The notes: generated from the letters alone by a model not told the origin. Shown: positions 18,834 to 28,309, numbered from the stretch's first letter. The stretch: DNA of 35,964 nucleotides from a virus (IMGVR_UViG_3300033067_001538:1-35964); one strand, 5' to 3'. Numbers and translations are program-made.

Positions 18834-19372
18834 TGGTTGTGCCAAATCTTAATCCTATCATGGAAGCTCTAGGGCTGCCACAACGGCTTGGTTCTTCCTT
18901 TAAAAAAACAATAAGTCGAGGAAAAAACGGAGAAAATAGAATTTATACAAAAACCCTAGAAGATGGGCACATTGTAGAAATTCAAATAGATCAAGGAAAA
19001 GGTGAACATCCTGCAATTGGATTTAATGTAGAACCACCAGCTGGGCGCCCTGTAGATGAAACACCAGCAGTAACTAAAAAAATAATGGCTACGGTGGAAG
19101 AGGCTATTAAAGAAGATATGAATACATATAAGCCAAGTGCATATGTATTTAATCCATCAAGTGCAAGCAGACGCCGAACATTTGTAAATAGAATAAACCG
19201 GGCAAATTCAGATTATGTTTTAGAAGAACCAAAATCTGGGCCTTATGAAGGCACATATCAAATGACTTATTCACCATCTGTTATAAAAGAAATTATACAA
19301 GGTTTGGCGACTACGGTTCCTATTGCAGGTTTAGGGGCTGCGGCTTTTAATTTATTTGATGAGCCTAAATAA
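18833..19372 (+). CDS. AT-rich hypothetical protein with N-terminal NLNPIMEALGL motif
   Basis: 179 aa from ATG 18833 (TGATG coupling); line 18901-18960 has 16/60 G+C; hydrophobic C-terminal tail. Confidence 0.75.
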   Translation: MVVPNLNPIMEALGLPQRLGSSFKKTISRGKNGENRIYTKTLEDGHIVEIQIDQGKGEHPAIGFNVEPPAGRPVDETPAVTKKIMATVEEAIKEDMNTYKPSAYVFNPSSASRRRTFVNRINRANSDYVLEEPKSGPYEGTYQMTYSPSVIKEIIQGLATTVPIAGLGAAAFNLFDEPK

Positions 19373-19755
19373 TGCCTCTTGATGAACCAGTACTTCCGTT
19401 TATAAACAAAGACCCTGATGTTCTGCGACAAACGCTTTCGGAATTTTTCGCGACGCTTGTCGTAGAACTTAACACCGCTGTCCCAACCGGAACAATCTTT
19501 GCTTTTGCGGGGGTTAATATTCCGGACGGATGGCTAATCTGTGATGGAGCAAGTTATGACCAAGAAGCCTACAAAGCACTCGCAAAAGCCCTCGGCCAAT
19601 ACGACGGTTCGGGCGGCACGTTCCAAGTCCCCGACGCCGAAGAAAAAGTCCTCTTCGGTGCAAGCGCGACGTACCCGCTCGGTACGGAAGTCGGAAACTT
19701 CTCCCCCGGTTCAGGCACCGGCGGCCTTGCCGTCTATTGCATCATCAAAACCTGA
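19372..19755 (+). CDS. phage tail collar domain protein
   Basis: PTGTIFAFAG..IPDGWLICDG......YKAL...LG....FQVPD ... CIIKT collar-domain signature. Confidence 0.85.
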   Translation: MPLDEPVLPFINKDPDVLRQTLSEFFATLVVELNTAVPTGTIFAFAGVNIPDGWLICDGASYDQEAYKALAKALGQYDGSGGTFQVPDAEEKVLFGASATYPLGTEVGNFSPGSGTGGLAVYCIIKT

Positions 19756-20158
19756 ATATTCCGGACCGCAAATTGTTCCGATTGGAATTGCGGAAGTGAA
19801 CGAGTATGATCTTAGATACATGCTTGCGATTCAGGATAAGAATATCGAAGCGCCGAATATTCTGCTGGAGAAAATTGCTAAAAATGAATATACCCTTTGG
19901 CGGATTATCGGTGATGCGCGTGGGATTGTGATCACTTTCCAAGAAGATGATTGTTTGCTTGTGTATTTCTTGCAAGGCGATGGGATTTATGCTAAGCAAG
20001 TAAGAAATATGAAAGAGATTTTGATGCGGCTGGCGCGGAGCCTTGGACTCCGTGGGCTCCGTTGTTATGCAGAAAGCATTGAAACCGTGCGACTCTGGCT
20101 TTCCGGTGGCGGAAGGATTGTTCGGGCGGAAATGGAATATACCGGAGAATCCTCGTGA
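19727..20158 (+). CDS. hypothetical protein, GNAT-like fold (P22 gp14/T7 gp13 position)
   Basis: C-terminal part of ORF 19541..20158; alpha/beta pattern LMRLARSLGLRGLRC; located just before the ejection proteins. Start uncertain (TTG 19727 or ATG 19820). Confidence 0.55.
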   Translation: MPSIASSKPEYSGPQIVPIGIAEVNEYDLRYMLAIQDKNIEAPNILLEKIAKNEYTLWRIIGDARGIVITFQEDDCLLVYFLQGDGIYAKQVRNMKEILMRLARSLGLRGLRCYAESIETVRLWLSGGGRIVRAEMEYTGESS

Positions 20159-21279
20159 GCGGTAATAAAAAGCAAACGCAACAACAAACACAGAATACTA
20201 CGTCTACGACAACTTCTGCGGCGGCACAGGCTGGGGAGAGTTTTCTTCCGCAGCTGAATAATGCGTTTGCCCAGACTCAAGGGATTACTTACAACGGGGA
20301 TTTTGTTGCGAGTAATCCAAACTATACCGGGCAAACTATTGCCATGCCCACGGCACCGGGCCAGCAAACGGTGCAGAATCCGAACTTTACTGGAAATATC
20401 AAAGCGGCCCCGACGGCTGCGGAGATTCAGGGAGCCGGAGGACTAGCGGCTTATGGAAACCAGCAACAGGCTCCAATCACCCAAGCGGTGGATAACGGTC
20501 AAAAACACTGGAACGATGTATTGTCAGGAAAATTCCTGGATGCAAACAACAATCCTGCGTTGCAGACTTATCTCTCCAGTATTATGACTAATGCCGGGAT
20601 TAATAACGCTCGGGCGATTAACGCCAGTCGAGACGCGGCTGTTGAGGGCGGAGCCTATGGAGGTACGGGCTACGGTCAGAATATGGCCTTTATGCAGGGG
20701 GAACAATCCCGTGCATTGAATGATGTTCTGGCGCAAGTTTCGTATCAAAATTATCAAGATGAAATGGCCCGGATCGGATTGGCTCCGGGGCAAATGGCTC
20801 AACTTAGTCAGTTGGGCACGATGCCGTTTCAATGGATGACGCAAGGCGGCCAGCAACAGCGGGCGTTGGATCAGATCGGAATTGATAATAACATTTCTAG
20901 CTTCAATGCTGGAAAAGCAAACGAACAAGTTGCGCTGAACGAGGCCGAATGGCAACGGCAAGAACAAGCTCGTATGGGTCAAATTGGATTGGATAATACC
21001 CGTACTAGCTATGAGGCGGATGCGCAAAATCGTCAAGCTGGAATTGACAATTCTTTGTTTCAATACCAGCAACAGATGGATAATATCTGGGGTCCGATTT
21101 TGCAATATATTCAGGCTCTTGGTGGATTGCCGACGACGACGACTACAACGGGATCGGGTACTACTACCGCGACGACTACGGGCGGTGGCGGAAATCCGTT
21201 GTCGGCTATTCTTGGCTCAGCGCTTTCTGCGTATGGTACGTATGCCGGGAATAAAACCCCCAAAGGAGGTAAAGGATAA
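20155..21279 (+). CDS. DNA ejection / internal virion protein
   Basis: 374 aa, Q/A/N/G-rich; GTG start with SD GGAG; GGAYGGT motif; internal repeats NPNYTG/NPNFTG and QIGIDN/QIGLDN/QAGIDN; Gly-rich hydrophobic C-terminus. Confidence 0.75.
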   Translation: MSGNKKQTQQQTQNTTSTTTSAAAQAGESFLPQLNNAFAQTQGITYNGDFVASNPNYTGQTIAMPTAPGQQTVQNPNFTGNIKAAPTAAEIQGAGGLAAYGNQQQAPITQAVDNGQKHWNDVLSGKFLDANNNPALQTYLSSIMTNAGINNARAINASRDAAVEGGAYGGTGYGQNMAFMQGEQSRALNDVLAQVSYQNYQDEMARIGLAPGQMAQLSQLGTMPFQWMTQGGQQQRALDQIGIDNNISSFNAGKANEQVALNEAEWQRQEQARMGQIGLDNTRTSYEADAQNRQAGIDNSLFQYQQQMDNIWGPILQYIQALGGLPTTTTTTGSGTTTATTTGGGGNPLSAILGSALSAYGTYAGNKTPKGGKG

Positions 21280-21596
21280 TGGTTGCTTGGTGGATTCCGA
21301 TGGCGATTCAAGCCGCTGGTACAGCTTTGCAAAGTGCGGGCGGTAGTGGCCAGCAACAACAAGCCATGCCGCAGATTTCTTTCCCCGATCAACAACAACT
21401 GATCGCTAATCCCCAAGGTGGGATGATGGGAAATCCGGGAGTTAATCCTAGGGCGATTCAAAATAAACTCCAGATGATGCCTCCGGCGCAACCGCAAGGT
21501 CCGCAGATTTATAATTCTGGTTATCAAGGAATGGTCCCGGATCAAAAGGCAATGCTGGAAAAAGCATTTGGGAATAAAGGTTCTTGGTGGAAATAA
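21279..21596 (+). CDS. small putative ejection protein
   Basis: 105 aa, Q/P/G/M-rich with a hydrophobic N-terminus; SD GGAGGT/AAGGA. Confidence 0.65.
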   Translation: MVAWWIPMAIQAAGTALQSAGGSGQQQQAMPQISFPDQQQLIANPQGGMMGNPGVNPRAIQNKLQMMPPAQPQGPQIYNSGYQGMVPDQKAMLEKAFGNKGSWWK

Positions 21597-22901
21597 ATGA
21601 ATATCCAAGATTTGCTTCGCCAATGGGCGGTTCAGGCTCAGGCTAATTCCCAGGACACGGCTAATCGTTCGGGGTATGTGCCTCAGCCTCCGCCGGCATA
21701 TAATCCAGATGCTGGGTTTATTCGGAATATTCCGAGTATGCTTCCGCCTATGCCTAATATTGCGCAGGCGGCAATGGCTCCGATTGATTTCATTGGAGCC
21801 GCTCCGGGGCTGAGTGATGCTAATAGATTTTTGTGGGGGAATAGAAATGACTTGCCGAGAAGTGAGCAAGTTGGACAATCTGTGACGCCGCCAATCCCCG
21901 GTCCAACCCCTCCCCCTCCCGTTCCGCCGCAAATCACGACGCCGCAATCCGGCGGATCGGCGGTTATGGGTGGACAGAGTGGGGGCGGGGGACAAGGTGG
22001 GAATGGCGGAGCTAACACCCCGCTCTGGGCCGCGCCGAATATCCGGGCACCGGAGGAAATTAAACTCGATCCGGGGTATGCCGCTGCGATTGATAAATCC
22101 CGCCAAGCGATTGAGGGGTTGCAGAGAGAGCTTACCCCGCAGAGTAATTTTGGATCAATCGGCGGAATCTGGGGAGCATTGCTTAATGCTTTTTCGGAAG
22201 GGCTGGTTGACTATGGAATGAATTCTGATTGGGGCGATGTGTCCCGTGGAGTTGTGCGTCGTGACCAAGAGGATGAGCAAAGTCGTCGAGCGGCTGCGGA
22301 ACTTGGCCTTAGAATACCCGAACTTGACCTACAACTTGCCGGACAACGACAAAGAGTCGCCGAAGCAAATGTCGGACAAGGAAATGATTATCGGCGTGCC
22401 CAAGACACCGCAACGTATGATTACGGGCGAGACGTTTCAATCGAGGGCCGCCGCCGGTATGAGGGCGATCGTGCGGACAGTCGAGCGCGGGAGGGTTTAT
22501 CTATCCAAAGAGAAGCAACCAACCGCGCCGAAGCGCGGGCGTCCCGACAAGAAGATTTGATCCGGCTGCAGATTGCTAGTGGGTTCGGGGGACCGCAGGC
22601 TGATCGGGCTCTAGCCGGTCGAGCGTATGGGGAGGGTTCTCCGGAATATAATTCGGTCCTGACTACCCGTGTTCTTGGGGCGGTTAAGGGAATTGCCTCG
22701 GATTCCCGAGGGGTTCGGAGTCTTAATCAGATTCTGGAAAATGGCGGGGCGGGGATTAAGATCAAGAACCAACGGGATACCGCTGGGATGGTGGCCGCGA
22801 GTCAGTGGTTGCAGGCCCATCCGGAATGGCTGGATGCGACGGCAGGATTACTTGGTTATGGCGAAAGCCCGCAGATTGATACCAGACGCACGAGGCAGTA
22901 A
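21597..22901 (+). CDS. DNA ejection / internal virion protein
   Basis: 434 aa with a Pro/Gly-rich N-half and R/E-rich coiled coil; within the ejection gene block. Confidence 0.7.
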   Translation: MNIQDLLRQWAVQAQANSQDTANRSGYVPQPPPAYNPDAGFIRNIPSMLPPMPNIAQAAMAPIDFIGAAPGLSDANRFLWGNRNDLPRSEQVGQSVTPPIPGPTPPPPVPPQITTPQSGGSAVMGGQSGGGGQGGNGGANTPLWAAPNIRAPEEIKLDPGYAAAIDKSRQAIEGLQRELTPQSNFGSIGGIWGALLNAFSEGLVDYGMNSDWGDVSRGVVRRDQEDEQSRRAAAELGLRIPELDLQLAGQRQRVAEANVGQGNDYRRAQDTATYDYGRDVSIEGRRRYEGDRADSRAREGLSIQREATNRAEARASRQEDLIRLQIASGFGGPQADRALAGRAYGEGSPEYNSVLTTRVLGAVKGIASDSRGVRSLNQILENGGAGIKIKNQRDTAGMVAASQWLQAHPEWLDATAGLLGYGESPQIDTRRTRQ

Positions 22902-23206
22902 TGAAAATCCCTAATCCTATTATTGAAGCTTTAGGTATTACTGCTCAACGAAACGTTTCAGCAGAAGTTAAAGCTGCAATTGATTCTGCATATGCGGGTC
23001 AAGGCGATCGGGCTAAATTTAAAGAGATTTTGCAACAACTTACCGATGCAGATGATCTTGAAACACTGGCCAAAGAAGTAGGTGTCAAGTATTCTAAATC
23101 AATTTCTCGAAAGAAATTTTTGGAAAGTTTGAACGATATACATGAGGACGGAATGCAGCGAGCCAATAAAAGTTCGGCAATTCGCAAACTTCATGGACAA
23201 GAATAA
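22901..23206 (+). CDS. small protein with N-terminal NPIIEALGI motif and HeH/Rho-N-like segment
   Basis: 101 aa, TAATG-coupled on both sides; DDLETLAKEVGVKYSKSISRKKFLESL resembles helix-extended-helix nucleic-acid-binding motifs. Confidence 0.7.
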   Translation: MKIPNPIIEALGITAQRNVSAEVKAAIDSAYAGQGDRAKFKEILQQLTDADDLETLAKEVGVKYSKSISRKKFLESLNDIHEDGMQRANKSSAIRKLHGQE

Positions 23207-26200
23207 TGGCTAATGACCCGTGGCAACTACCGGCTCCCCAGCCGTTTAATCCGTTTGACTATGCGCTGAATTTTCTCGAGACACCGTTTTATAATACGGT
23301 GAAAACCGCCGCCGATCTTCCGGTGGTCGGGGATTTTTTCGGAAATATCCGTGACGCGGAATTGTTTTCCCGGCAAGAAGATTTCCAAATACAGAATCCC
23401 CTTGCGGCTACCGTTGCGGATATGGCGGGGTGGCTGATTCCCGGCGGAGCGTATTTTAAAGCGACGAGTAAAATCCCGGCGTTTGCGAGTATTGCGCGGG
23501 CTGGGGCTGCGGCAGGTCGTCCGGGGCTTGGCGTTGCCGGCGCTGAAATCGCCCGCTGGGCTCCGTTTAATCTTGCGGTTACAGGAGGTCGCGCTGCTGC
23601 TGGGCAATATGAAGATTGGACGCAACCTGCGGAGGAACTTGCGCTTGGTACGTTTCTCTCTGGGGCTCTTGGTGCTGTTGGCCCTCATATCCCTAATCGC
23701 GGGATCGGTAGCTTTTTCCACATTCCTGCTAAGGAGTGGTATGGTGTAGAAGTTGGCGGAGCGAGTAGGCTTGGCCAGCGGAGTCAGAATAGAATTGGGG
23801 ATTTGATTCCGGGCTTTTCGGATATCAAACCATTTCAGTTTCAGGCAAGAGATATTCTCGAAGCAGCGCAAACGGGGACAGTTCCCGCGGACGTGGCGCA
23901 GACTGAGCTTGGGCTTTTGCAACAAAGAATTGCACAGGAAAGACTTGCCGGTGGAAATCGCTACGCCACTTTTGCGGGAGATAGGAACAGTCCTCAAGAC
24001 CGGGAATTGGAAAGGCTTTATAAACTTGAAGCCGCCCCGGACGGAGTGCAGTATAAGAACTATCAAATCCCACTGGTCGTACAACCCGGAAAGACTCCAG
24101 AGCGAATCGCCGATCTTACGGACTTGGGACCGCGACTCGGATTCAAACCAACCGGGGATGGGGACAATTGGTTGTATCATGTGAGGTTTCCGCGGATTCA
24201 TATCGCGGATGCAAGTGCTAAGAAACTGCCAGATGGCACGGTGCAGGTTGCCGGGGCCAAGCGCGAAACCACAACTTGGAATAAGGCATTCTCGGTTATT
24301 GAACCGGGGAAGATTTGGATGGCGCGCGAGCCGGACGATGGGCTTTGGCATATTATTCGAAAACTTGATCCGATTGAAATTAAAGGAACCGGCTGGAGAA
24401 ACCGATATGCGGTTTTTAAAACGGATACGCCCGAGCGATTTCTTGCTGATTATGCTGATCCTGGTCGGCTTTGGCGTGGTGAAAACGACATTCCGCTACG
24501 AGCAGGTGTTAACGCTTGGAATGGACGAGTCGGCACAAAAGAAGGTGGCGCGATCTTCAATTCCACGCGGGATTTGAATGAAGCTATTCCGCTGGATGAT
24601 TGGCGCTTGGCGATGGCCGCGAAGGATAAAGGTAGCTTCGCGGGAGTTGTGAAGAAAGCCTTCGACCAGTCGGAAGTTGCGGGAAGAACTAAAGATTTTT
24701 TGGATCGGTATGTCCGACCGGGTGTTCATCAGTTTAAACACCCGCTCGCGGCGCGGAGCTATATGCTCATGTCCGCGATTAAGGATAATACGAGTAAAGC
24801 TGTTCGGGATAAGATTGAATCCTATGAACAGGTTATTCAGAAACTCTGGAGGGAAGGTAAGGGGGAACAGATCGTTGAGCACGGAATCAGAAAACTTACC
24901 CCGCTGGATCAAATCCCGGACCCTGAAGTTCGGGGGCTTATTTCCGTACTTCGGGAGGAGGGTAAGCTACAGATTGCTGAGATTAACAAAACTAAAACCG
25001 CGGTTGGAAGCACACAACGGCTCATTCCGACTTTGGAAAATCACCTCGGAATCAGTCGTGTGTACGATGGAAGTCATTTTATTCCGATCCGCGATACGAA
25101 CGGAAACGCGGTTGCGATTGCGGCGGGGTATGGGGAGAACGCGGCGAAGACGGCTGCGAGTAAGCTGGTTGGACGATACGCAGAAAGGGGACAACCCGGT
25201 CTAACTTGGGACCCCAAGGAAATGGTTCTGCGGGATGATCCGAATCTCCCGAAGGAGTTTAGAATCGTCCGGGGAAATCCGGGCTTTGCGGAACCGCGTG
25301 GGAATCTTGGTGGGTATAAGTGGGACGTGGAGACTCCGACTGCGGATGATTTTATTTCGGATTTGAATAAGAACTATTCCGCTCGGGCAAATTTTCAAAT
25401 GAAAATGAGCTTGGAGTATTTTCTCCGGAATGATATTGAGAAGTTGAAGGAGCTTGATCCAAAGGCTTATGATGCGCTTGAATCTCGGCTTAAGGCTTTG
25501 CTCGGAGAACCCGGTGCGTTTGAAAACTGGCAGAATAAAGTTGTGGATAAAGTTCTGGCTCCGTATATCGGGCAGGGCTCGGCAACTAAACTCGCGCAGA
25601 AGATAACGGAAGTAAATCACCATTTGCAATTGGGGATGGGGAATGTTGCGTATGCGGTGATTAATGCGCTGAGTATTCCTACTCAGTTGCCGGCGGAGCT
25701 GAGCTTTCTGACTACGGCGAGTTTGCCGAAGTTGGGGAATAGTTATACTTTTATTCCAACGGCGGGGCAGGATGGACTGATTTCGGGGTACGCGGCTATT
25801 CCGCGTGTGTTTAAACTCATGCAGGATGGTTATCGTTTTCTGCGTGAAGAGAATCGCCCTCCGAAGGTAGAAGCAGTATTTGCCCGAGCCAAGGCGGACG
25901 GATTGTATGATCCTCAGTATATTGAGGAATGGTCAGGCCGGATGAAAACGGCCATAACAGATTTGCATGCCGCTGGAGCCAGCGGGGAAGGCTTTGCCAA
26001 ATGGCTTGGCGCAGCAAGTAATTATATGGGAGCACAGACTGAAAAGCTATTGCGGAGCTATGCGATCGGTAGTGCTTCTGCCGCGATTCTTGCACGATTC
26101 CCTCAAATTTCTGAAGAGCAGTTGTACCAATATGTGAAAAGATTTGTTGGTCGTACTGCGTTTGAATATAATAGATATTCCCGACCGGAGATTTTTACGT

Positions 26201-27111
26201 CCCCGGTCGGGCAAGTGTTTGGCGGGTTTAAGACTTGGCAGATGAATTATCTTCATATGCTTGGGGATTATAGTGCGGAAGCCACACGTGGAAATCTCGC
26301 CCCTCTTTTGTGGACAGTCGGAGCCATAGGTAGCCTTGGAGGGCTTGGGGCCCTTCCTGTGCTGCCGGCGGTAGCGGATCAAATCTCAGAACTTCTAAAC
26401 GATCAACCGTTGCAAGTGTATCTGGCCGAGAATTTTTCTCCGACTGCGAGTGATGCCCTGTATTACGGATTACCATCTGTTCTAACGGGACTATCTGCAA
26501 CGGGGAACATAGCTTTGCCAGGGTCTCACTTAGCACACGATGCTGAGATGCTATTTGGCGTCGCGTCTCTTGAACGAGCAAAGAATATTGGTAGGAGTCT
26601 GGGTTCAGTTTTTGACGCAGCCGTTGTAGCCGGAGTCGATCCACTAGCTCAGCCAAAAATTCAAGCCCAACTAATGCAAGGATGGTCTCCTCGTTCGTTA
26701 TACCGAGTGTTTCAGACTTTTCAGGATGGTGCGGAAGGTTCATTGATTGCTCCGTCTACTGGATATAAAACGGTGGAAGGACTTGGCCCGTATCAACAAG
26801 CAATGTATATGCTTGGGTTTAACCCGGTGGAGGTTGAAAAACAATACACTGTTTATGATACGTTGATGAAGAATAAGGAACTTAGAACTCTGAGAACAAG
26901 TCAGCTTGGAGAGGCTTGGGCACAGGCTCAGGTTTCGGGAGATAGACAAACTCTTGAGCTACTTGCCCGCCGGGCTGCTGCGGAAGGTGTAGATATTTCC
27001 AGTGTTTTGCGCTCTGCCAACCGTCGTATTCAAGATATGAATAAAGATATGTTCGGTCGTAATTTCCGTGAAGAAGAGCTTGCAGCTTATGATTCAGTGT
27101 TGGGAGATTAG
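23206..27111 (+). CDS. large internal virion (ejection) protein
   Basis: 1301 aa, alpha-helical; FGGFKTWQMNY followed by hydrophobic GAIGSLGGLGALP, typical of large podovirus ejection proteins; near the end of the structural block. Confidence 0.8.
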   Translation: MANDPWQLPAPQPFNPFDYALNFLETPFYNTVKTAADLPVVGDFFGNIRDAELFSRQEDFQIQNPLAATVADMAGWLIPGGAYFKATSKIPAFASIARAGAAAGRPGLGVAGAEIARWAPFNLAVTGGRAAAGQYEDWTQPAEELALGTFLSGALGAVGPHIPNRGIGSFFHIPAKEWYGVEVGGASRLGQRSQNRIGDLIPGFSDIKPFQFQARDILEAAQTGTVPADVAQTELGLLQQRIAQERLAGGNRYATFAGDRNSPQDRELERLYKLEAAPDGVQYKNYQIPLVVQPGKTPERIADLTDLGPRLGFKPTGDGDNWLYHVRFPRIHIADASAKKLPDGTVQVAGAKRETTTWNKAFSVIEPGKIWMAREPDDGLWHIIRKLDPIEIKGTGWRNRYAVFKTDTPERFLADYADPGRLWRGENDIPLRAGVNAWNGRVGTKEGGAIFNSTRDLNEAIPLDDWRLAMAAKDKGSFAGVVKKAFDQSEVAGRTKDFLDRYVRPGVHQFKHPLAARSYMLMSAIKDNTSKAVRDKIESYEQVIQKLWREGKGEQIVEHGIRKLTPLDQIPDPEVRGLISVLREEGKLQIAEINKTKTAVGSTQRLIPTLENHLGISRVYDGSHFIPIRDTNGNAVAIAAGYGENAAKTAASKLVGRYAERGQPGLTWDPKEMVLRDDPNLPKEFRIVRGNPGFAEPRGNLGGYKWDVETPTADDFISDLNKNYSARANFQMKMSLEYFLRNDIEKLKELDPKAYDALESRLKALLGEPGAFENWQNKVVDKVLAPYIGQGSATKLAQKITEVNHHLQLGMGNVAYAVINALSIPTQLPAELSFLTTASLPKLGNSYTFIPTAGQDGLISGYAAIPRVFKLMQDGYRFLREENRPPKVEAVFARAKADGLYDPQYIEEWSGRMKTAITDLHAAGASGEGFAKWLGAASNYMGAQTEKLLRSYAIGSASAAILARFPQISEEQLYQYVKRFVGRTAFEYNRYSRPEIFTSPVGQVFGGFKTWQMNYLHMLGDYSAEATRGNLAPLLWTVGAIGSLGGLGALPVLPAVADQISELLNDQPLQVYLAENFSPTASDALYYGLPSVLTGLSATGNIALPGSHLAHDAEMLFGVASLERAKNIGRSLGSVFDAAVVAGVDPLAQPKIQAQLMQGWSPRSLYRVFQTFQDGAEGSLIAPSTGYKTVEGLGPYQQAMYMLGFNPVEVEKQYTVYDTLMKNKELRTLRTSQLGEAWAQAQVSGDRQTLELLARRAAAEGVDISSVLRSANRRIQDMNKDMFGRNFREEELAAYDSVLGD

Positions 27112-27116
27112 AAGTC

Positions 27117-27911
27117 ATGGGAAAACCTAGTTGGTATGATAAGATGTTTGGAATGGAAGAACCGGCGAGCGCTGATCCGAACGCTTGGGTTCCGAACATT
27201 GGGCCGGATGGGCTGCAAACGAAAACAAAACAAGGGCTTCCGGCCTATCGTCCGAGACAAAGGGGTCCAAGTGATCTTTCAGATTTGGCCATTCCCGGTG
27301 ATCCGATGCAGAATGGTAATGATGAAAATGGACCATGGATGAGAAGTATTGCTAATACCATGACTAATCCAGAAGTCCAGGCTAGGTTGAAAAACCAACG
27401 ACAATCTGAGAATTTGATTGACGCTACGGCCTTGGGGGAATTGTTAAAACCGGTGCTTGTTCCGGAAGATGCGGCCAGTCGGATCGGAGATTGGGGTCGA
27501 TTGGCTGGTGACATATCCAAGATTCGACCAGCCTATGTTTTAAACCGGATGGATATGAATCTTCCGAGACGTGATCCGAACGCCCCGGACGATCAGTTGA
27601 ATCGTCCGGAGAATGTGGCTGGAAGCTTTCAGGGATTGGTTGTTCCGGGTGTAGCACGAGATGGCAGGCTGCTTCAGAATGAACTAGAAGCGGAGGCGGA
27701 GTTCCGGAGAACTGGCGAGCATTATGGGAGTTATCATATTGATCAGGCTCGGAATGTTGCGGATCAAATCCGCATGATACTAGAGCAATCATACAACAAC
27801 TATGCGCAAGGGTATACAAAACGGACCGAAGGGGGTGGGATTGATGAAGCACGGAAACACCTCGGGGATATTGTTGGGGTTGGGCCGATGCGGCAGATGA
27901 ATAGGTATTAG
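27117..27911 (+). CDS. hypothetical protein, last gene of the + strand block
   Basis: 264 aa with SD GGGAG; its stop overlaps the stop of the convergent gene. Confidence 0.75.
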   Translation: MGKPSWYDKMFGMEEPASADPNAWVPNIGPDGLQTKTKQGLPAYRPRQRGPSDLSDLAIPGDPMQNGNDENGPWMRSIANTMTNPEVQARLKNQRQSENLIDATALGELLKPVLVPEDAASRIGDWGRLAGDISKIRPAYVLNRMDMNLPRRDPNAPDDQLNRPENVAGSFQGLVVPGVARDGRLLQNELEAEAEFRRTGEHYGSYHIDQARNVADQIRMILEQSYNNYAQGYTKRTEGGGIDEARKHLGDIVGVGPMRQMNRY

Positions 27912-28309
27912 TAATTATAACCTAAAAGTTTGCGAGTGTAAGCGGCAACGGTAAGTCCTTGTAGCTTTGCTTCGCGTTTGTGTTTGTTATAATCCTCTGG
28001 CCGAAGGTGAAAATTCACCACAAGCCAGGGGTTTTTTTTATCTTCTAATTTCCACGGTTTGCCTTGATCACCGTAGGGGACGTCTAGGTTGTATTTTTTT
28101 CTGAGAGTAGTTAACCGGGTGGCGACGGTTCGGGGTGTGAGGTTTTGTTTTTCAGCGATTTCATGATTGGTCCAGTAGTTTTTTGCTAGGGTATAGGTTT
28201 GCTGAAGTGCTGGGGATAATTCATGTCGGAGATGGTGCCCGAAAGTTTTTGGGTGGATTCCGCGAATTTTAGGAAAAGTTTTGGAAGATGGTTCGGACGT
28301 CATTTTCAA
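27908..28309 (-). CDS. DNA-binding regulator (LuxR/sigma region 4-like HTH plus ribbon-helix-helix-like C-terminus)
   Basis: LSP..QQ...L....TNHEIAEKQNLTPRTVATRLTTLRKK (HTH) and VVNFHLRPEDYNKHKREAKLQGLTVAAYTRKLL (RHH-like). Start 28309 or 28303. Confidence 0.7.
   Translation of the reverse strand: MKMTSEPSSKTFPKIRGIHPKTFGHHLRHELSPALQQTYTLAKNYWTNHEIAEKQNLTPRTVATRLTTLRKKYNLDVPYGDQGKPWKLEDKKNPWLVVNFHLRPEDYNKHKREAKLQGLTVAAYTRKLLGYNY

Noticed and set aside
22237-22560. 107-aa alternate-frame ORF that looks protein-like
   Set aside because: Fully nested in the 434-aa gene, and the GAGG abuts the internal ATG with no spacer.
21111-24351. Long minus-strand ORFs 21111..22106 and 23227..24351
   Set aside because: Antisense to ejection genes, Arg-rich shadow composition, no recognisable domains.
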